Numbered from the stretch's first letter, positions 1 through 11,405 are shown. The stretch is DNA of 64,000 bases from Clostridia bacterium (GCA_027420455.1 DAIBJA010000072.1:24-64023); one strand, 5' to 3'. Program-made: numbers and translations. Notes: generated from the sequence alone by a model not told the origin.

Positions 1-1432
<1,432 letters not shown>

Positions 1433-1456
1433 CGAACCGCCTCCCTTGCGTGCCCT

Positions 1457-2677
1457 TCAAGCGACCAGGCTGTGCTCCAGCGCCTTCAGCACCACGGAGA
1501 GCGCCTCTTCGAGGTCGCCCTCGGCGATCACGAGAGGGGGCTGAAGGCGCACGACGTTGCCGTCGACGCCGCCGACGCCGATCAGGACGCCGTGCTCGCG
1601 GCAGTAGGCGCGTACCGCCTTGGCGAGCGCCGCGTCCGGCTGCTTCGAGGTGCGGTCCTTGACGAGTTCGACGCCGATCATGAGGCCGAGACCCCGCACC
1701 TCGCCGACGCACGTCATGTCCTGCGAGCCCAGGCGCAGGCGCTCGAGAGCCCGGGATCCCAGGCGCGCGGCACGCCCGGGGAGATCGTCGTCCTGCATCA
1801 CGTCGAGGTTCGCGAGCGCGGCGGCGCAGGAGACGGGGTTGCCGCCGAATGTCGAGAGGTGCTCGCCGGGGCGGAAGCTCTGGGCCACCTCGCGCCGCGC
1901 GATGGTGGCGGAGAGCGGGAAGCCGTCCGCGATGCCCTTGGCGGAGACGAGGATGTCGGGCTCGACGCCGAAGTGTTCGATGGCGAAGAGACGTCCGGTG
2001 CGGCCGAAACCGCACTGCACCTCGTCCGCGATCAGGAGCACGCCGTAGCGGTCCAGGATCTCCTTGACGGCAGGCAGGTACGTCTTCGGCGGCACGATGA
2101 TGCCGCCTTCCCCCATGACCGGTTCGGCGATGAAGGCGGCGACGTCGCCGCTCGTGTGGAAGCGGATCACGTCCTCGACGGCCGCCGCCGTCTGCCTGCC
2201 GATCTCCTCCGGGTCGCCCGAGAACCGCGACCGGTAGGGATAGGGCGTGGGGGCGAAGGCCACGCCGGGCAGGTACGGCCCGCCGCGGGTCTTGCGGGAC
2301 ATGTTGCCGGTGAGGCTGAGCGTGCCCACCGAGCGGCCATGGAAGCTGCGCTCGAGCGCGATGAATTCGTGGCGGCCGGTGAAGGCCTTGGCCATGCGCA
2401 TGGCAGCCTCGATGGCCTCGGCGCCGGAATTGGCGAAGAAGGTCTGCTCGAGCCGCCCCGGAGTGACGGCGGCGAGGCGCTCGGCGAGGTCTGCGACCGG
2501 CTCGAGGTAGTAGGTGTAGGAACTGGCGTGGATGAGCCGATCGATCTGCGACTTCGCGGCATCGCGCACCCTGGGGTGGACGTGGCCCGCGTTGACGACC
2601 GAGATGCCGGCGAAGCAGTCGATGTAGCTGCGCCCGTCGTCCGCGGTGACGCGGGCTCCTTCGGCCCGCGTGATCAC
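1457..2677 (-). CDS. Class III (omega) pyridoxal-phosphate aminotransferase (beta-alanine/GABA-type). GTG at 2677 is the first canonical start. In-frame upstream codons up to about 2743 still encode aminotransferase-like residues (EKYERYVNTSFTGGLEPIVI) with no ATG/GTG/TTG before the stop of the neighbouring regulator.
   Basis: 406-aa ORF carrying class-III aminotransferase motifs (LIADEVQCGFGRTG, SAKGIADGFP, STFGGNP). Sits adjacent to mmsA. Confidence 0.8.
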   Translation of the reverse strand: MITRAEGARVTADDGRSYIDCFAGISVVNAGHVHPRVRDAAKSQIDRLIHASSYTYYLEPVADLAERLAAVTPGRLEQTFFANSGAEAIEAAMRMAKAFTGRHEFIALERSFHGRSVGTLSLTGNMSRKTRGGPYLPGVAFAPTPYPYRSRFSGDPEEIGRQTAAAVEDVIRFHTSGDVAAFIAEPVMGEGGIIVPPKTYLPAVKEILDRYGVLLIADEVQCGFGRTGRLFAIEHFGVEPDILVSAKGIADGFPLSATIARREVAQSFRPGEHLSTFGGNPVSCAAALANLDVMQDDDLPGRAARLGSRALERLRLGSQDMTCVGEVRGLGLMIGVELVKDRTSKQPDAALAKAVRAYCREHGVLIGVGGVDGNVVRLQPPLVIAEGDLEEALSVVLKALEHSLVA

Positions 2678-2806
2678 AATCGGCTCGAGTCCGCCGGTAA
2701 AGCTCGTGTTGACGTAGCGCTCATACTTCTCCCTGGTGTTCGTATGCGTTGCCTCCTCTGGCCTAGAGACTAGGGGACTGCGCCCTGCGGGTTGAGGGAC
2801 GAAGTG

Positions 2807-4438
2807 TCACATATGTTCACCTGATTCTGTGACAAAACGTCCGGTGCTTTGCGTGTCCTGCAGTCTCGAGGCCACCATCGCCAGGTTGAGGCGAAAGCGG
2901 CGATCCGGCCGCAGGAAGTCTTCGCCGAGCAGGGAGGCGATGCGGTCGATGCGGTGGTAGAGGGTCTGTCGCCGGATGCCAAGCTCGTGGGCGGCGGCAT
3001 CCTTGTGGTCCATGCGCAGGAGGATATCGAGCGTGCGCAAAAGCTCCGTGCCGTGCCGGCGGTCGTGGGCCAGGAGTGGGCCCATCTCCTCCTCGACGCA
3101 GGTCCTGAGGTCGAAGTCCGCGCGCAGACTCCCCAGCATGCGCAGGGCGCCGAGCTCCTCGTAGAAGGGGCTCGTGGTTCCCCCGGACCAGATGGCGGCG
3201 GTGAGGGCGAGGTGCGCCTCCGCAAGCGCGCGCGGCAAGTCCGTCCAGGGCACGAGGCCCGAAGCTCCGAGGAACACTCGGGACGTGTCGCCTAGCCGGC
3301 CGATGTCTGCCGAGAGCTGCCGCAGATCGGCGCGGGTGGGAGGGTCCAGGACGAGCAGGGCGAGGTCTTCGCCGCGCCGACCGGCCAGGCCGTGCATGCC
3401 GCGCTGCTGGACAGCGCCGCCGAGCGCTGGGCGGAGGCGCAACGTGGGTATGCCCTCCAGGCGCAGCAGGAAGAGCATAGCCCGCACCGGTGGGCGGCCG
3501 GACGACCCGATCCGCTCCAGGCTCGTCTCGGGCAGCGTGGCCCATTCGCCTTTCAGGAGCCGCGCGAGGAGGATGTCGTCGTCGGGAGGAGGCAGCGGCC
3601 CCTGACCGCGTGTGCGCGGGACCTGGGCGAGCGCCGCGGCGGCAAGTTCGAGCGCCATGGCGGCGGCGATGTCTTCTCCCGGCCGGCAGGAGGCGGCCAG
3701 CAGCCCGGACCTGCCGTCCTGCTGCAGCACGAGCCGCGATGCGATCGCGATGCCGTCGAAGAGAGCCGTCTCCGCCGGCATCGCGCTGACGGCTTGAGGC
3801 GAGCGCAGAAGCTCGGCTGCCCGTGCCTCGAGCACCCCAAGGCGCTCAGGCGGCCCGCTGCGGATGGGTTCGGCCCCGATGGGCAGGAACAGGGCAGCGT
3901 CCCCTAGCCAGCGGGAGAGGAGTGCCAGAATGTCCGCTTCGGCTTGCGGGCTCCCCAGGAGATGGCGCAGGTCCTCTGCCAGCTGCTGCAGGGACCGCAG
4001 GATCTGCTTCTCTCCTTGCAGGATGACGGCGTGCACGTCGCGGGTGATGTCCACGAAGCGCACCGGCTGGGCAAAGGCGATCAAGGGCAGCTCGAGGCGG
4101 TCCGCGAGTTTCAGCATGTCATCGGGAATGCGCCTCAGGTAGCGGCCGAGTTCGATGCAGACGCCAGCCACCCCGCATTCGGCGAGTCGCTCGAGGTAGC
4201 GGCGCCTCTCCTGAGGCTGGTGCAGGCCGACACCTGTCGAAAGGACGAGCTCCTGTCCGCGCAGGTAGCGGGCGATATCGGGAATCTCCCCGACGTGCAC
4301 CCAGCGGACGGGCTCGTCGAGGCCCTGGCGTCCTGCCAGGACCTCCGCGCCCTGCAAGGCAGGCAGGCGCAGCAACTCCCGCAAGGTTGGCAGATCGGAC
4401 GGGCGCATCTCGGACAACCCTATCACCTGCCTCGGCAT
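2807..4438 (-). CDS. PucR/CdaR-family transcriptional regulator. Start chosen at the internal ATG (MPRQVIGLSEMRPSDLP...) rather than the low-complexity 5' extension of the 624-aa ORF.
   Basis: PucR-type N-terminal domain and a C-terminal HTH (ELGIRRQTLYHRIDRIASLLG). Length of about 543 aa is typical for the family. Confidence 0.7.
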   Translation of the reverse strand: MPRQVIGLSEMRPSDLPTLRELLRLPALQGAEVLAGRQGLDEPVRWVHVGEIPDIARYLRGQELVLSTGVGLHQPQERRRYLERLAECGVAGVCIELGRYLRRIPDDMLKLADRLELPLIAFAQPVRFVDITRDVHAVILQGEKQILRSLQQLAEDLRHLLGSPQAEADILALLSRWLGDAALFLPIGAEPIRSGPPERLGVLEARAAELLRSPQAVSAMPAETALFDGIAIASRLVLQQDGRSGLLAASCRPGEDIAAAMALELAAAALAQVPRTRGQGPLPPPDDDILLARLLKGEWATLPETSLERIGSSGRPPVRAMLFLLRLEGIPTLRLRPALGGAVQQRGMHGLAGRRGEDLALLVLDPPTRADLRQLSADIGRLGDTSRVFLGASGLVPWTDLPRALAEAHLALTAAIWSGGTTSPFYEELGALRMLGSLRADFDLRTCVEEEMGPLLAHDRRHGTELLRTLDILLRMDHKDAAAHELGIRRQTLYHRIDRIASLLGEDFLRPDRRFRLNLAMVASRLQDTQSTGRFVTESGEHM

Positions 4439-4470
4439 CGCAGCCTTGGGTCGTCGCGCGAGGTTCCCCT

Positions 4471-5226
4471 TCAGCCGTCCAACGCTGACAGGAACGATGC
4501 GTAGAGTGGGTTGTTCGGCGCGAGCTCCCGGAGGGCGGTCCGGATTCCCTCTTCGATCTCCTTCCCCTCCCCAGGCGAGCACCAGCCTGCGACTGGACCC
4601 AGGCGGGCGAAGGCGAGCGTGAGCGTGGCGACGTCGCAGGTGCAGTAGGCGGCGATGTCCTGCAGTTGACCAGCCGCCCACAGAGAGTGGACATCGCCGC
4701 CGCCGACGCCCAGTTTGCCCGGGATGCCCAGCATGGTGGCCGTCTCGTGCTGGCTCAGGGGCGTGGAGCTGCCATAATCCGAAAGCACATCCATCAGATC
4801 CGGGTGGCTGTCGCGGAAGCGCTGCCGGTAATCGTCGCGCCAGATTGGCGCAGGTGAAAGGCCGTGCGTGAGTGCGCGCTGCGTCAGCACGGGCACGTCG
4901 AAGCGCCGGCCGTTGTAGGTCACGAGGCGCACGCCTGGCGCGCGATGCGCGAAACCGGCCCAGAAGGCCTGCAGCAGGGTCCGCTCGTCGCCTGTGCCGA
5001 GGGGACGCAGAACCTCGATCCGGCCGTCCCTAGCGATGGCGCAGACGGAGATCTCGACGACCCGGTGGTAGAGGGGCTTGGGGAAGCCGTACGCCTCGTC
5101 CGCGCCGCGTGGCGGAGCGACGAGCGCCAGGGCGTCGGCTTCGGAGAGCTGCGGCTGTGCAAGCACCTTCCGAGCCATGTCGGCATCGACCACGGTTTCG
5201 ACGTCGAAAATTAGGGCGGGCCGCAA
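4471..5226 (-). CDS. RNase H-like 3'-5' exonuclease (YprB / PolB-exonuclease-like, DEDD type). Proposed TTG start with a GGGAGG RBS 7 nt upstream.
   Basis: FDVET and HRVVEIS exonuclease motifs. The upstream part of the 324-aa ORF is low complexity and was treated as non-coding. Confidence 0.5.
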   Translation of the reverse strand: MRPALIFDVETVVDADMARKVLAQPQLSEADALALVAPPRGADEAYGFPKPLYHRVVEISVCAIARDGRIEVLRPLGTGDERTLLQAFWAGFAHRAPGVRLVTYNGRRFDVPVLTQRALTHGLSPAPIWRDDYRQRFRDSHPDLMDVLSDYGSSTPLSQHETATMLGIPGKLGVGGGDVHSLWAAGQLQDIAAYCTCDVATLTLAFARLGPVAGWCSPGEGKEIEEGIRTALRELAPNNPLYASFLSALDG

Positions 5227-5422
5227 GAGCTGGCCTCCCTTCGGTGGATCCTGATCTGCTCCGGCTTCCGCACCGCCCTCGGGTTTCCTGCAAGGAACGC
5301 TGCGGGCGGCGCGTGACGAACTGGTACCCGCGTACAATGCCGTTGCCTTCCTCTGTCCAGGTATAGTAGATGGCAGGCAATCGCAGGGTTGGGGAGGGGT
5401 ACATCTGTCCAGGAGCGCGTTC

Positions 5423-6322
5423 CTGCGACTCCATGAAGTCCGCAAGACCTACGGCGACGTCCGCGCGGTGGACGGCGTCGATCTGGGTATCGAACCTGGA
5501 TGCATCTTCGGCCTCCTGGGGCCGAACGGAGCCGGGAAGACGACGACCCTCGAGATGATCGAGGGTCTGAGGCGTCCGGACAGCGGCAGTATCACCTACG
5601 GCGACCACGACCTCGTGCGCAGCCCCGCCGTCGCCCGGGAGCGCTTCGGCGTGCAGCTGCAGACGTCCGCCTTTTTCGAACTGCTGCGCGTGGACGAGAC
5701 GATCGACCTCTTCGCGAGCTTCTACCGTCACACGCTCTCCACCGAGACCTTGATCGAACGGTTCGAGCTGGGAGAGAAGCGCAAGGCCTATGTCCAGAAC
5801 CTCTCGGGCGGCCAGCGCCAGCGGCTCGCCGTCGCGGTGGCGCTCGTGAACGACCCTGAGGTGGTGTTCCTGGACGAGCCGACAGCAGGTCTTGATCCCC
5901 AAGCCAGGCGCAATGTCTGGGACTCGGTGCGCCAGTTGCGCGCGGAGGGCAGAACGGTCGTCCTGACGACGCACTACATGGACGAGGCCGAGGCCCTCTG
6001 CGACCAGCTGGCCGTGATGGACCACGGACGTGTTCTGGACGAGGGCCAGCCGCAGGAGCTCATCGAACGCCGCCAGCCGGGTGCCTTCATCGAGGTGGCG
6101 GCCGAGGTGCCGATCACGGGAGATCTCCGCCTGCCGGGGCTCGAACGCGTCACGCATGAGGGGCCGAAGACGGTCCTCATGACGCAGCGTCTCGACGAGA
6201 CCCTGGGCGCCTTGGCAGAGTGGGCCAAGCAGGAGGGTGTACCCCTCACCGGTCTTGCGACGCGTACCGCCACCCTCGAGGATGTCTTCCTCCAACTGAC
6301 GGGAAGGAGCCTGCGCGACTGA
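5423..6322 (+). CDS. ABC transporter ATP-binding protein. The N-terminus extends upstream of the GTG at 5468, with a probable non-canonical CTG start at about 5423 or 5405.
   Basis: Walker A GPNGAGKTTT, LSGGQRQR signature and Walker B VVFLDEPT. In-frame upstream residues LHEVRKTYGDVRAVDG match the canonical ABC N-terminus. Stop overlaps the permease start (TGATG). Confidence 0.8.
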   Translation: MRLHEVRKTYGDVRAVDGVDLGIEPGCIFGLLGPNGAGKTTTLEMIEGLRRPDSGSITYGDHDLVRSPAVARERFGVQLQTSAFFELLRVDETIDLFASFYRHTLSTETLIERFELGEKRKAYVQNLSGGQRQRLAVAVALVNDPEVVFLDEPTAGLDPQARRNVWDSVRQLRAEGRTVVLTTHYMDEAEALCDQLAVMDHGRVLDEGQPQELIERRQPGAFIEVAAEVPITGDLRLPGLERVTHEGPKTVLMTQRLDETLGALAEWAKQEGVPLTGLATRTATLEDVFLQLTGRSLRD

Positions 6323-7392
6323 TGAGACAACTTTTCAAGGTGACGGGGGCGCTTCTTCGTACGCTGGTGCGCAACCGCCAGGCGCTTTTCTGGACCTTCT
6401 TCTTTCCCGTGATGCTGATGGTCGTGTTCGGTTTCCTCGGCAACTCGAATTTCAAGCTCAACCTCCTCGTCACGGGGCCGCGCAGCGGGCCCGAGGCCAG
6501 GATCGTACAGGCCTACGAGAAGATCCCCTACTTCAAGGTCCAGCGGGCGGACCGCAAGAGCGCGCTTCACCTGGTGCGCATCGGCCAGGCCGACGCGGCC
6601 TTGCTACTGCCGCCCGCGTCGAGCCCACCGCCCTGGCACGCCACGCTCGTCTACAACAGCGCCAACCTGCAGACGGCCCAGCAGGCCGTGTCCGCCGTCA
6701 CCTCGGCCGCCGCCGAGATCAACCTCGCGATGACCGGCCAGCACCCCTACCTCGTCGTCAAGTCCGAGGCTGCTTCCGGCAGCCGCTCCTCGACCTACCT
6801 AGACTTCCTGCTGCCAGGCGTCCTGGCCCTCATGGCGATGCAGAACAGCCTCTTCGGCGTCGCCGGCAGCCTGACGCGCTGGAAGGAGAAGGGCGTCCTC
6901 AGACGCTTCCTCGCAACGCCCCTGCGCCCTGTGCAGTTCCTCGGCGGAGTCGTCCTCTACCAACTCGTCTTCGGCATCCTCAGCGCCGCCTTGATCGTCG
7001 CGATCGCGGTGGCCTTCCTCCACGCGACGGTGGTGCTGCCGCTCTTGCCGCTCCTGATCACGGTGGTCGTCGGCATGGCTGCCTTCCTCGCGATCGGCTT
7101 CGTGATCGCCGGCTTTGCCAAGACCGAGGAGGCGAGCATGCCGATCATCAACGTCGTCAGCTTCCCGATGATGTTCCTGAGCGGCGTCTTCTTCCCGGTC
7201 ACGAGCCTGCCGCCGTTCCTGCGCTCCATCGTCCACGTCCTGCCGCTCACCTACCTCGTGGACGGCGTGCGGGGGCTCATGTCCGGGCAGTACGCCGCCT
7301 GGGCGCCGAACGTGCAGAGCGACATCCTGGCCTTGCTCGGCTGGTTCGTGCTCCTCGCCATCGTCTCGACCCGCACCTGGCGCTGGGAGTAG
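6322..7392 (+). CDS. ABC-2 type transporter permease.
   Basis: Six predicted TM helices with ABC-2 permease architecture. The ATG overlaps the stop of the upstream ATPase, indicating translational coupling. Confidence 0.75.
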   Translation: MRQLFKVTGALLRTLVRNRQALFWTFFFPVMLMVVFGFLGNSNFKLNLLVTGPRSGPEARIVQAYEKIPYFKVQRADRKSALHLVRIGQADAALLLPPASSPPPWHATLVYNSANLQTAQQAVSAVTSAAAEINLAMTGQHPYLVVKSEAASGSRSSTYLDFLLPGVLALMAMQNSLFGVAGSLTRWKEKGVLRRFLATPLRPVQFLGGVVLYQLVFGILSAALIVAIAVAFLHATVVLPLLPLLITVVVGMAAFLAIGFVIAGFAKTEEASMPIINVVSFPMMFLSGVFFPVTSLPPFLRSIVHVLPLTYLVDGVRGLMSGQYAAWAPNVQSDILALLGWFVLLAIVSTRTWRWE

Positions 7393-7479
7393 CAGGAGCA
7401 CCGGCGCGCCGGGAGGCCTCGCGGCGTCCTCACGCTATCATGGAGGTGAGGGTCGGCTGACGCTGGGGAGGTGCCTCAG

Positions 7480-8001
7480 GTGGATGTCAGTTTGAGACCG
7501 GCGCAGGAGGCAGACCTGCCGCTCTACTACCGCTGGCAGGATGAGGAGCCGCACTGGGACCGCTATAGCTGCGGCCCCGTGCAGCTCGTGCATCCCTATC
7601 CCGTGTTCCGCGCTAGGTACGTTGAAGCGCTTTCGGGCGGCGGAGAGATCGCGTTCAGCGTGCTTGCGGACGCGAGGGTCGTGGGACGCATGGTCGCCTA
7701 TGACGAGAATCCGCGCAACCGCAGCATGGAGATCGGCTACTACCTGTCCGAGGACGCCCGGGGACAGGGAATCGGACGTGAGGCACTAGCCCTCTTTGTG
7801 GGTATTCTGTTCACCTGGCCAGGCAAGCGCCTGCACAAGCTCTACGCCACGACATGGGCCGAGAACCTGGCGTCCATCGCCTTGCTCGAACATGCGGGCT
7901 TCCGCTTGGACGGCCGCCTGCGCGATCATTACATGATCGACGGCCGCTACAGCGACGAGCTCTGCTACTCGCTTCTGCGGAGCGAATGGCAGGGGGCGTA
8001 G
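7480..8001 (+). CDS. GNAT-family N-acetyltransferase.
   Basis: GNAT motif RGQGIGREAL. GTG at 7480 lies 9 nt after GGAGG; an alternative GTG is at 7471. Confidence 0.7.
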   Translation: MDVSLRPAQEADLPLYYRWQDEEPHWDRYSCGPVQLVHPYPVFRARYVEALSGGGEIAFSVLADARVVGRMVAYDENPRNRSMEIGYYLSEDARGQGIGREALALFVGILFTWPGKRLHKLYATTWAENLASIALLEHAGFRLDGRLRDHYMIDGRYSDELCYSLLRSEWQGA

Positions 8002-8189
8002 GCTGTGGCATTGGCGCCCTCTCTCTCAGCGTGATAGGATCGCTTTGGTTCAACCTGCGCGAGCGCACAACTCGGCAGGCTCTTTTGCAGGCGCGATGCG
8101 ATTTCGTCAATTGAAGCGCTCGGCCCTCAGGCTATTTTCAGCCGGGCTGGGTAGACTTCGGGCAGGAGACCTGGGGGAGGGTGCCTCTT

Positions 8190-10085
8190 TTGTGTGGAAT
8201 CGCCGGGATCGTCGAACGCGACCCTCGTCAAAGCGCCCGGGACGAGCTCGAGCGGATGCTGGAGGCTCTCAGGCACCGCGGCCCGGACGACGAGGGCACA
8301 TTCTTCGCACCAGGCGTAGCGATCGGCATGCGCCGCCTCGCCATCGTGGACCCCGTTGGCGGCGCGCAGCCTTTTTACAGCGAGGATCGCCGGGTCGTCG
8401 CCGTCGTCAACGGCGAGATCTACAACCATGCCGAACTGCGCCGCGATCTGACGCGGCGCGGCCATCAGTTCGCCGGCGCATCGGACGCCGAGGTCGTGGT
8501 GCACCTCTACGAGGAGCGCGGCGCGTCGTTCGCTGAAGAGATCGCCGGCATGTACGCCGTGGCGCTCTACGATACAGCACGCCGCACACTGCTGCTGGCC
8601 CGGGACCCCCTGGGCATCAAGCCGCTGCTGTGGCGCACCCTAGGCCGCGGCGTCGCCTTCGCGTCGGAGTTGCGGGCGCTCCTGAGCTGCGGCAACGTGC
8701 CGGCGCTGAACCTGAAGGCGCTTGATCGCTATCTCCTCTTCCGCACCGCGGTAGGCGAGGAGACGATCGTCGAGGGAATTCACCGGGTACCGCCAGGCCA
8801 TACGCTCTTGCGGCACGGAGACGGGCGGATCGAGATGCGCCGGACGCTGCGCCCGAGGACATACGCAGGGGGGATCAGTCCGGAGGAGGCGATCGAGGAG
8901 CTCGACCGGCGCCTGGGCCAGGCGGTCGAACGGCACCTGCAGGGTGACCAGCCGATCGGCGTGCTGCTTTCGGGCGGCGTAGACTCGGGCCTCGTTCTGC
9001 ACTATGCGGCCAAGGCCATGGGCGGCGAGCTCAAGGCGTACACGGCCGGGTTCGCGGGCTTTGGCGACGAAGGGGAGGAGTTCACCGTCACGCAGGCGAC
9101 GGCTGAGGCCTACGGCGTGCCGCTGACGCAGCTTGTGGTGGACTCGAGGGACGCCGAGCGCCATCTCCTGGCGCTCAATTTCGACATCGACGAGCCGAAC
9201 GGCGACCCGACCGCCCTCCCGCTCAGGGCGGTCGCGGAGCGCGCTGCGCAGGACGTGCCCGTCGTGCTGAGCGGCGAAGGGGCGGACGAGCTCTTTGCCG
9301 GCTATCCCGGTTACGACGAACCGCTCGTGGTGGAGCGGTTTTCTCGCCTCGTGCCCAGAATGCTCAGGCAGGCCCTGGCGGAATCGAGGCTGCCGGGGCG
9401 CGGACTCGCCGCGCGCAGTCTCAAGTCCTTGAGCGACCGCTACCTCGGCATCGGCATGAGCTGGCAGGACCCGGAGCGCCAAGCCCTCTACCAGCCGGAG
9501 GTCCGCCTCAGCCTACAGGACCACCGGCCGGGGCGGCTTGCCGCCGAGGCGTTTGTCGCGGCCCAGGCCGACGGCCATGACTGGCTCGGCGCGATGTTGC
9601 AGGTGGACCGGAGGGTCTGGCTGTCGGACGAGGCCTTGCTCAAGCTTGACCGGCTGACGATGTCGTTCGGCCTCGAGGCGCGTGTGCCGTACCTGGACGG
9701 CGAGGTGGTGGACATGGCGGACGCCCTGCCCTGGACCTACAAGCTGCACGACGGTCAGGGCAAGTGGTTGCTGCGGCAGGTGGCGCGGCGGCATCTGCCG
9801 CAGGAAGCCGCGTTGCGACGCAAGCGCGGCTTTCCGTCGCCGATCTCGCGCCTGCTCTCTGGTCCCTTGCGCGATCTTGCCTACGATGCGCTGACGGATG
9901 AAACCGCGCGTTCGCGAGGCCTCTTCGAACCCGCGGCGGTTGAGGCCGCCCTCGGCCGCCTGAATGGCAGGCCGAGCCAGGACGGACGCATGGTCTATGT
10001 CCTCCTGGCCTTGGAGCTGTGGCTGAGGCAGGTTTATGACGCGGCTGCCGGTACGGACGCGGCGCGGGAGGGCTACGGCAGCTGA
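8190..10085 (+). CDS. asnB: Asparagine synthase (glutamine-hydrolysing). TTG start gives the obligatory Met-Cys N-terminus.
   Basis: MCGIAGI N-terminal nucleophile, SGGVDSG PP-loop, GGGGGAGGG RBS 7 nt upstream of the TTG. Confidence 0.85.
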   Translation: MCGIAGIVERDPRQSARDELERMLEALRHRGPDDEGTFFAPGVAIGMRRLAIVDPVGGAQPFYSEDRRVVAVVNGEIYNHAELRRDLTRRGHQFAGASDAEVVVHLYEERGASFAEEIAGMYAVALYDTARRTLLLARDPLGIKPLLWRTLGRGVAFASELRALLSCGNVPALNLKALDRYLLFRTAVGEETIVEGIHRVPPGHTLLRHGDGRIEMRRTLRPRTYAGGISPEEAIEELDRRLGQAVERHLQGDQPIGVLLSGGVDSGLVLHYAAKAMGGELKAYTAGFAGFGDEGEEFTVTQATAEAYGVPLTQLVVDSRDAERHLLALNFDIDEPNGDPTALPLRAVAERAAQDVPVVLSGEGADELFAGYPGYDEPLVVERFSRLVPRMLRQALAESRLPGRGLAARSLKSLSDRYLGIGMSWQDPERQALYQPEVRLSLQDHRPGRLAAEAFVAAQADGHDWLGAMLQVDRRVWLSDEALLKLDRLTMSFGLEARVPYLDGEVVDMADALPWTYKLHDGQGKWLLRQVARRHLPQEAALRRKRGFPSPISRLLSGPLRDLAYDALTDETARSRGLFEPAAVEAALGRLNGRPSQDGRMVYVLLALELWLRQVYDAAAGTDAAREGYGS

Positions 10086-10567
10086 GTCGGCACCGGCAGG
10101 CTCCAGGCGTCCGCGCATGATGCCCCGATCGAACCGCAGGCGGCTCCTAGCGCCGATCCCGCCAGGAGGGCGCCGATGAGGGCGGCGGCCACGGTGAACG
10201 GGAGCCACGGGAGCGACAGGTTGCCCGCGTGCGGCAGCGCTCCTTGCAGATAGCGCATGTAGCCATGGTTCAGGAGGAGAATGGCCCCACGGGGGAATTC
10301 TGCCAGCAGGGCGGCTGTCCAACCTGCGATGAGGCCGCCCGCCATGGCCGTCCGTCGATCGTTTCCCGCGCGTCGCAGCCGGAAGCCCGCATAGCCATAG
10401 AGCAAGATCTCCACGACGAAGACTACCATCGGCAGCATGGTGCCTTGGTGGGTCATGCCGCGGCTGCCGCCACGACCGATGAAGACGATCCAAGCCAGCG
10501 CCGCCGCGGGCAATCCCGATGCGAGTCCGCTGCGCAGCGCGGCAGCGTTGATGCCTAGGCGATTCAT
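10073..10567 (-). CDS. Hypothetical small membrane protein.
   Basis: ORF with several hydrophobic segments and no recognisable family. Could be spurious in this GC-rich DNA. Confidence 0.3.
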   Translation of the reverse strand: MNRLGINAAALRSGLASGLPAAALAWIVFIGRGGSRGMTHQGTMLPMVVFVVEILLYGYAGFRLRRAGNDRRTAMAGGLIAGWTAALLAEFPRGAILLLNHGYMRYLQGALPHAGNLSLPWLPFTVAAALIGALLAGSALGAACGSIGASCADAWSLPVPTQLP

Positions 10568-10626
10568 CGAATCCTTCCCTTCGTCTCGTCCGCTCGGACG
10601 GGGACCCAGTCGACCGTTAGGCTACA

Positions 10627-11310
10627 ATGGGCAGGGAGGCTACGCCTGTGCGACGACGCAGCTATCGCGATCTGCCCGCGACCTATGCGATCCTTGTCAT
10701 CCTGGCCATCATGTACGTGCTCGAGGGCGGACTGGGCGGTTCGCCCCAACTCATGCGCATGGTGGACCTCGGCGCGCAGGTCAATGTCCTCGTTCTGCAA
10801 GGACAGTGGTGGCGCATATTCACGGCCATCTTCCTGCACCTCAACTGGCTGCACATCCTTGTCAACGGCTACAGCCTCTTTGTGATGGGCGAACTGGTGG
10901 AGCCGGCATTCGGCTCCCGCCGCTTTGTCGTCGTGTTCCTGCTGGGCGGCATCATGGGCGGACTACTGGCTCTTGTCACCTATCCGCCATATACCGTCCT
11001 TGTCGGGGCGTCGGGCGCCATCTTCGGGCTGCTCGGCGCCACGGGCGTCATCGCCCTCGAGGCGCAGAGGCCGGTGCGAAGCTACCTCCTGCGCTGGCTG
11101 GGCAGCATCCTCGTCTTGAACCTTGCGCTCGACTTCATGTATCCCGGCATCGGCGTATGGGACCATGTGGGTGGGCTTATCGGCGGCTTCCTCGCAGCGT
11201 ACATGCTGGGCGGCGTTCACCGTCTTAGCGGCTGGCCTTCGCGCGCCGCGGGAGTCGCCTACGTCGTGGTCTGTGTCGGCCTCATCGCTTTCGCGCACAT
11301 CTACGGCTAG
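10627..11310 (+). CDS. Rhomboid-family intramembrane serine protease. Alternative GTG start at 10648 behind AGGGAGG.
   Basis: GASGAIFGLLG (catalytic Ser) and HLGGLIGG-like His motif (HVGGLIGGF). Multi-pass membrane topology. Confidence 0.8.
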   Translation: MGREATPVRRRSYRDLPATYAILVILAIMYVLEGGLGGSPQLMRMVDLGAQVNVLVLQGQWWRIFTAIFLHLNWLHILVNGYSLFVMGELVEPAFGSRRFVVVFLLGGIMGGLLALVTYPPYTVLVGASGAIFGLLGATGVIALEAQRPVRSYLLRWLGSILVLNLALDFMYPGIGVWDHVGGLIGGFLAAYMLGGVHRLSGWPSRAAGVAYVVVCVGLIAFAHIYG

Positions 11311-11347
11311 ATGCGCCACTAAGATATACCACGCTGCGCAGGCCGGA

Positions 11348-11383
11348 CAACCGGCGGTGCAGGGATGGCAGTGTGCTATAATG
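11348..11383 (+). promoter_or_regulatory. Candidate sigma-A promoter of the yqeG-aro operon, with an extended -10 (TGcTATAAT).
   Basis: Perfect TATAAT at 11377..11382 preceded by TGn, about 25 nt upstream of the yqeG start. Confidence 0.35.
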
Positions 11384-11405
11384 CTGCCAACTTCGGTGAA
11401 GGGGC

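Noticed and set aside
5030-6295. 421-aa minus-strand ORF across the ABC ATPase.
   Set aside because: Antisense to a gene with unambiguous Walker A/B and signature motifs.
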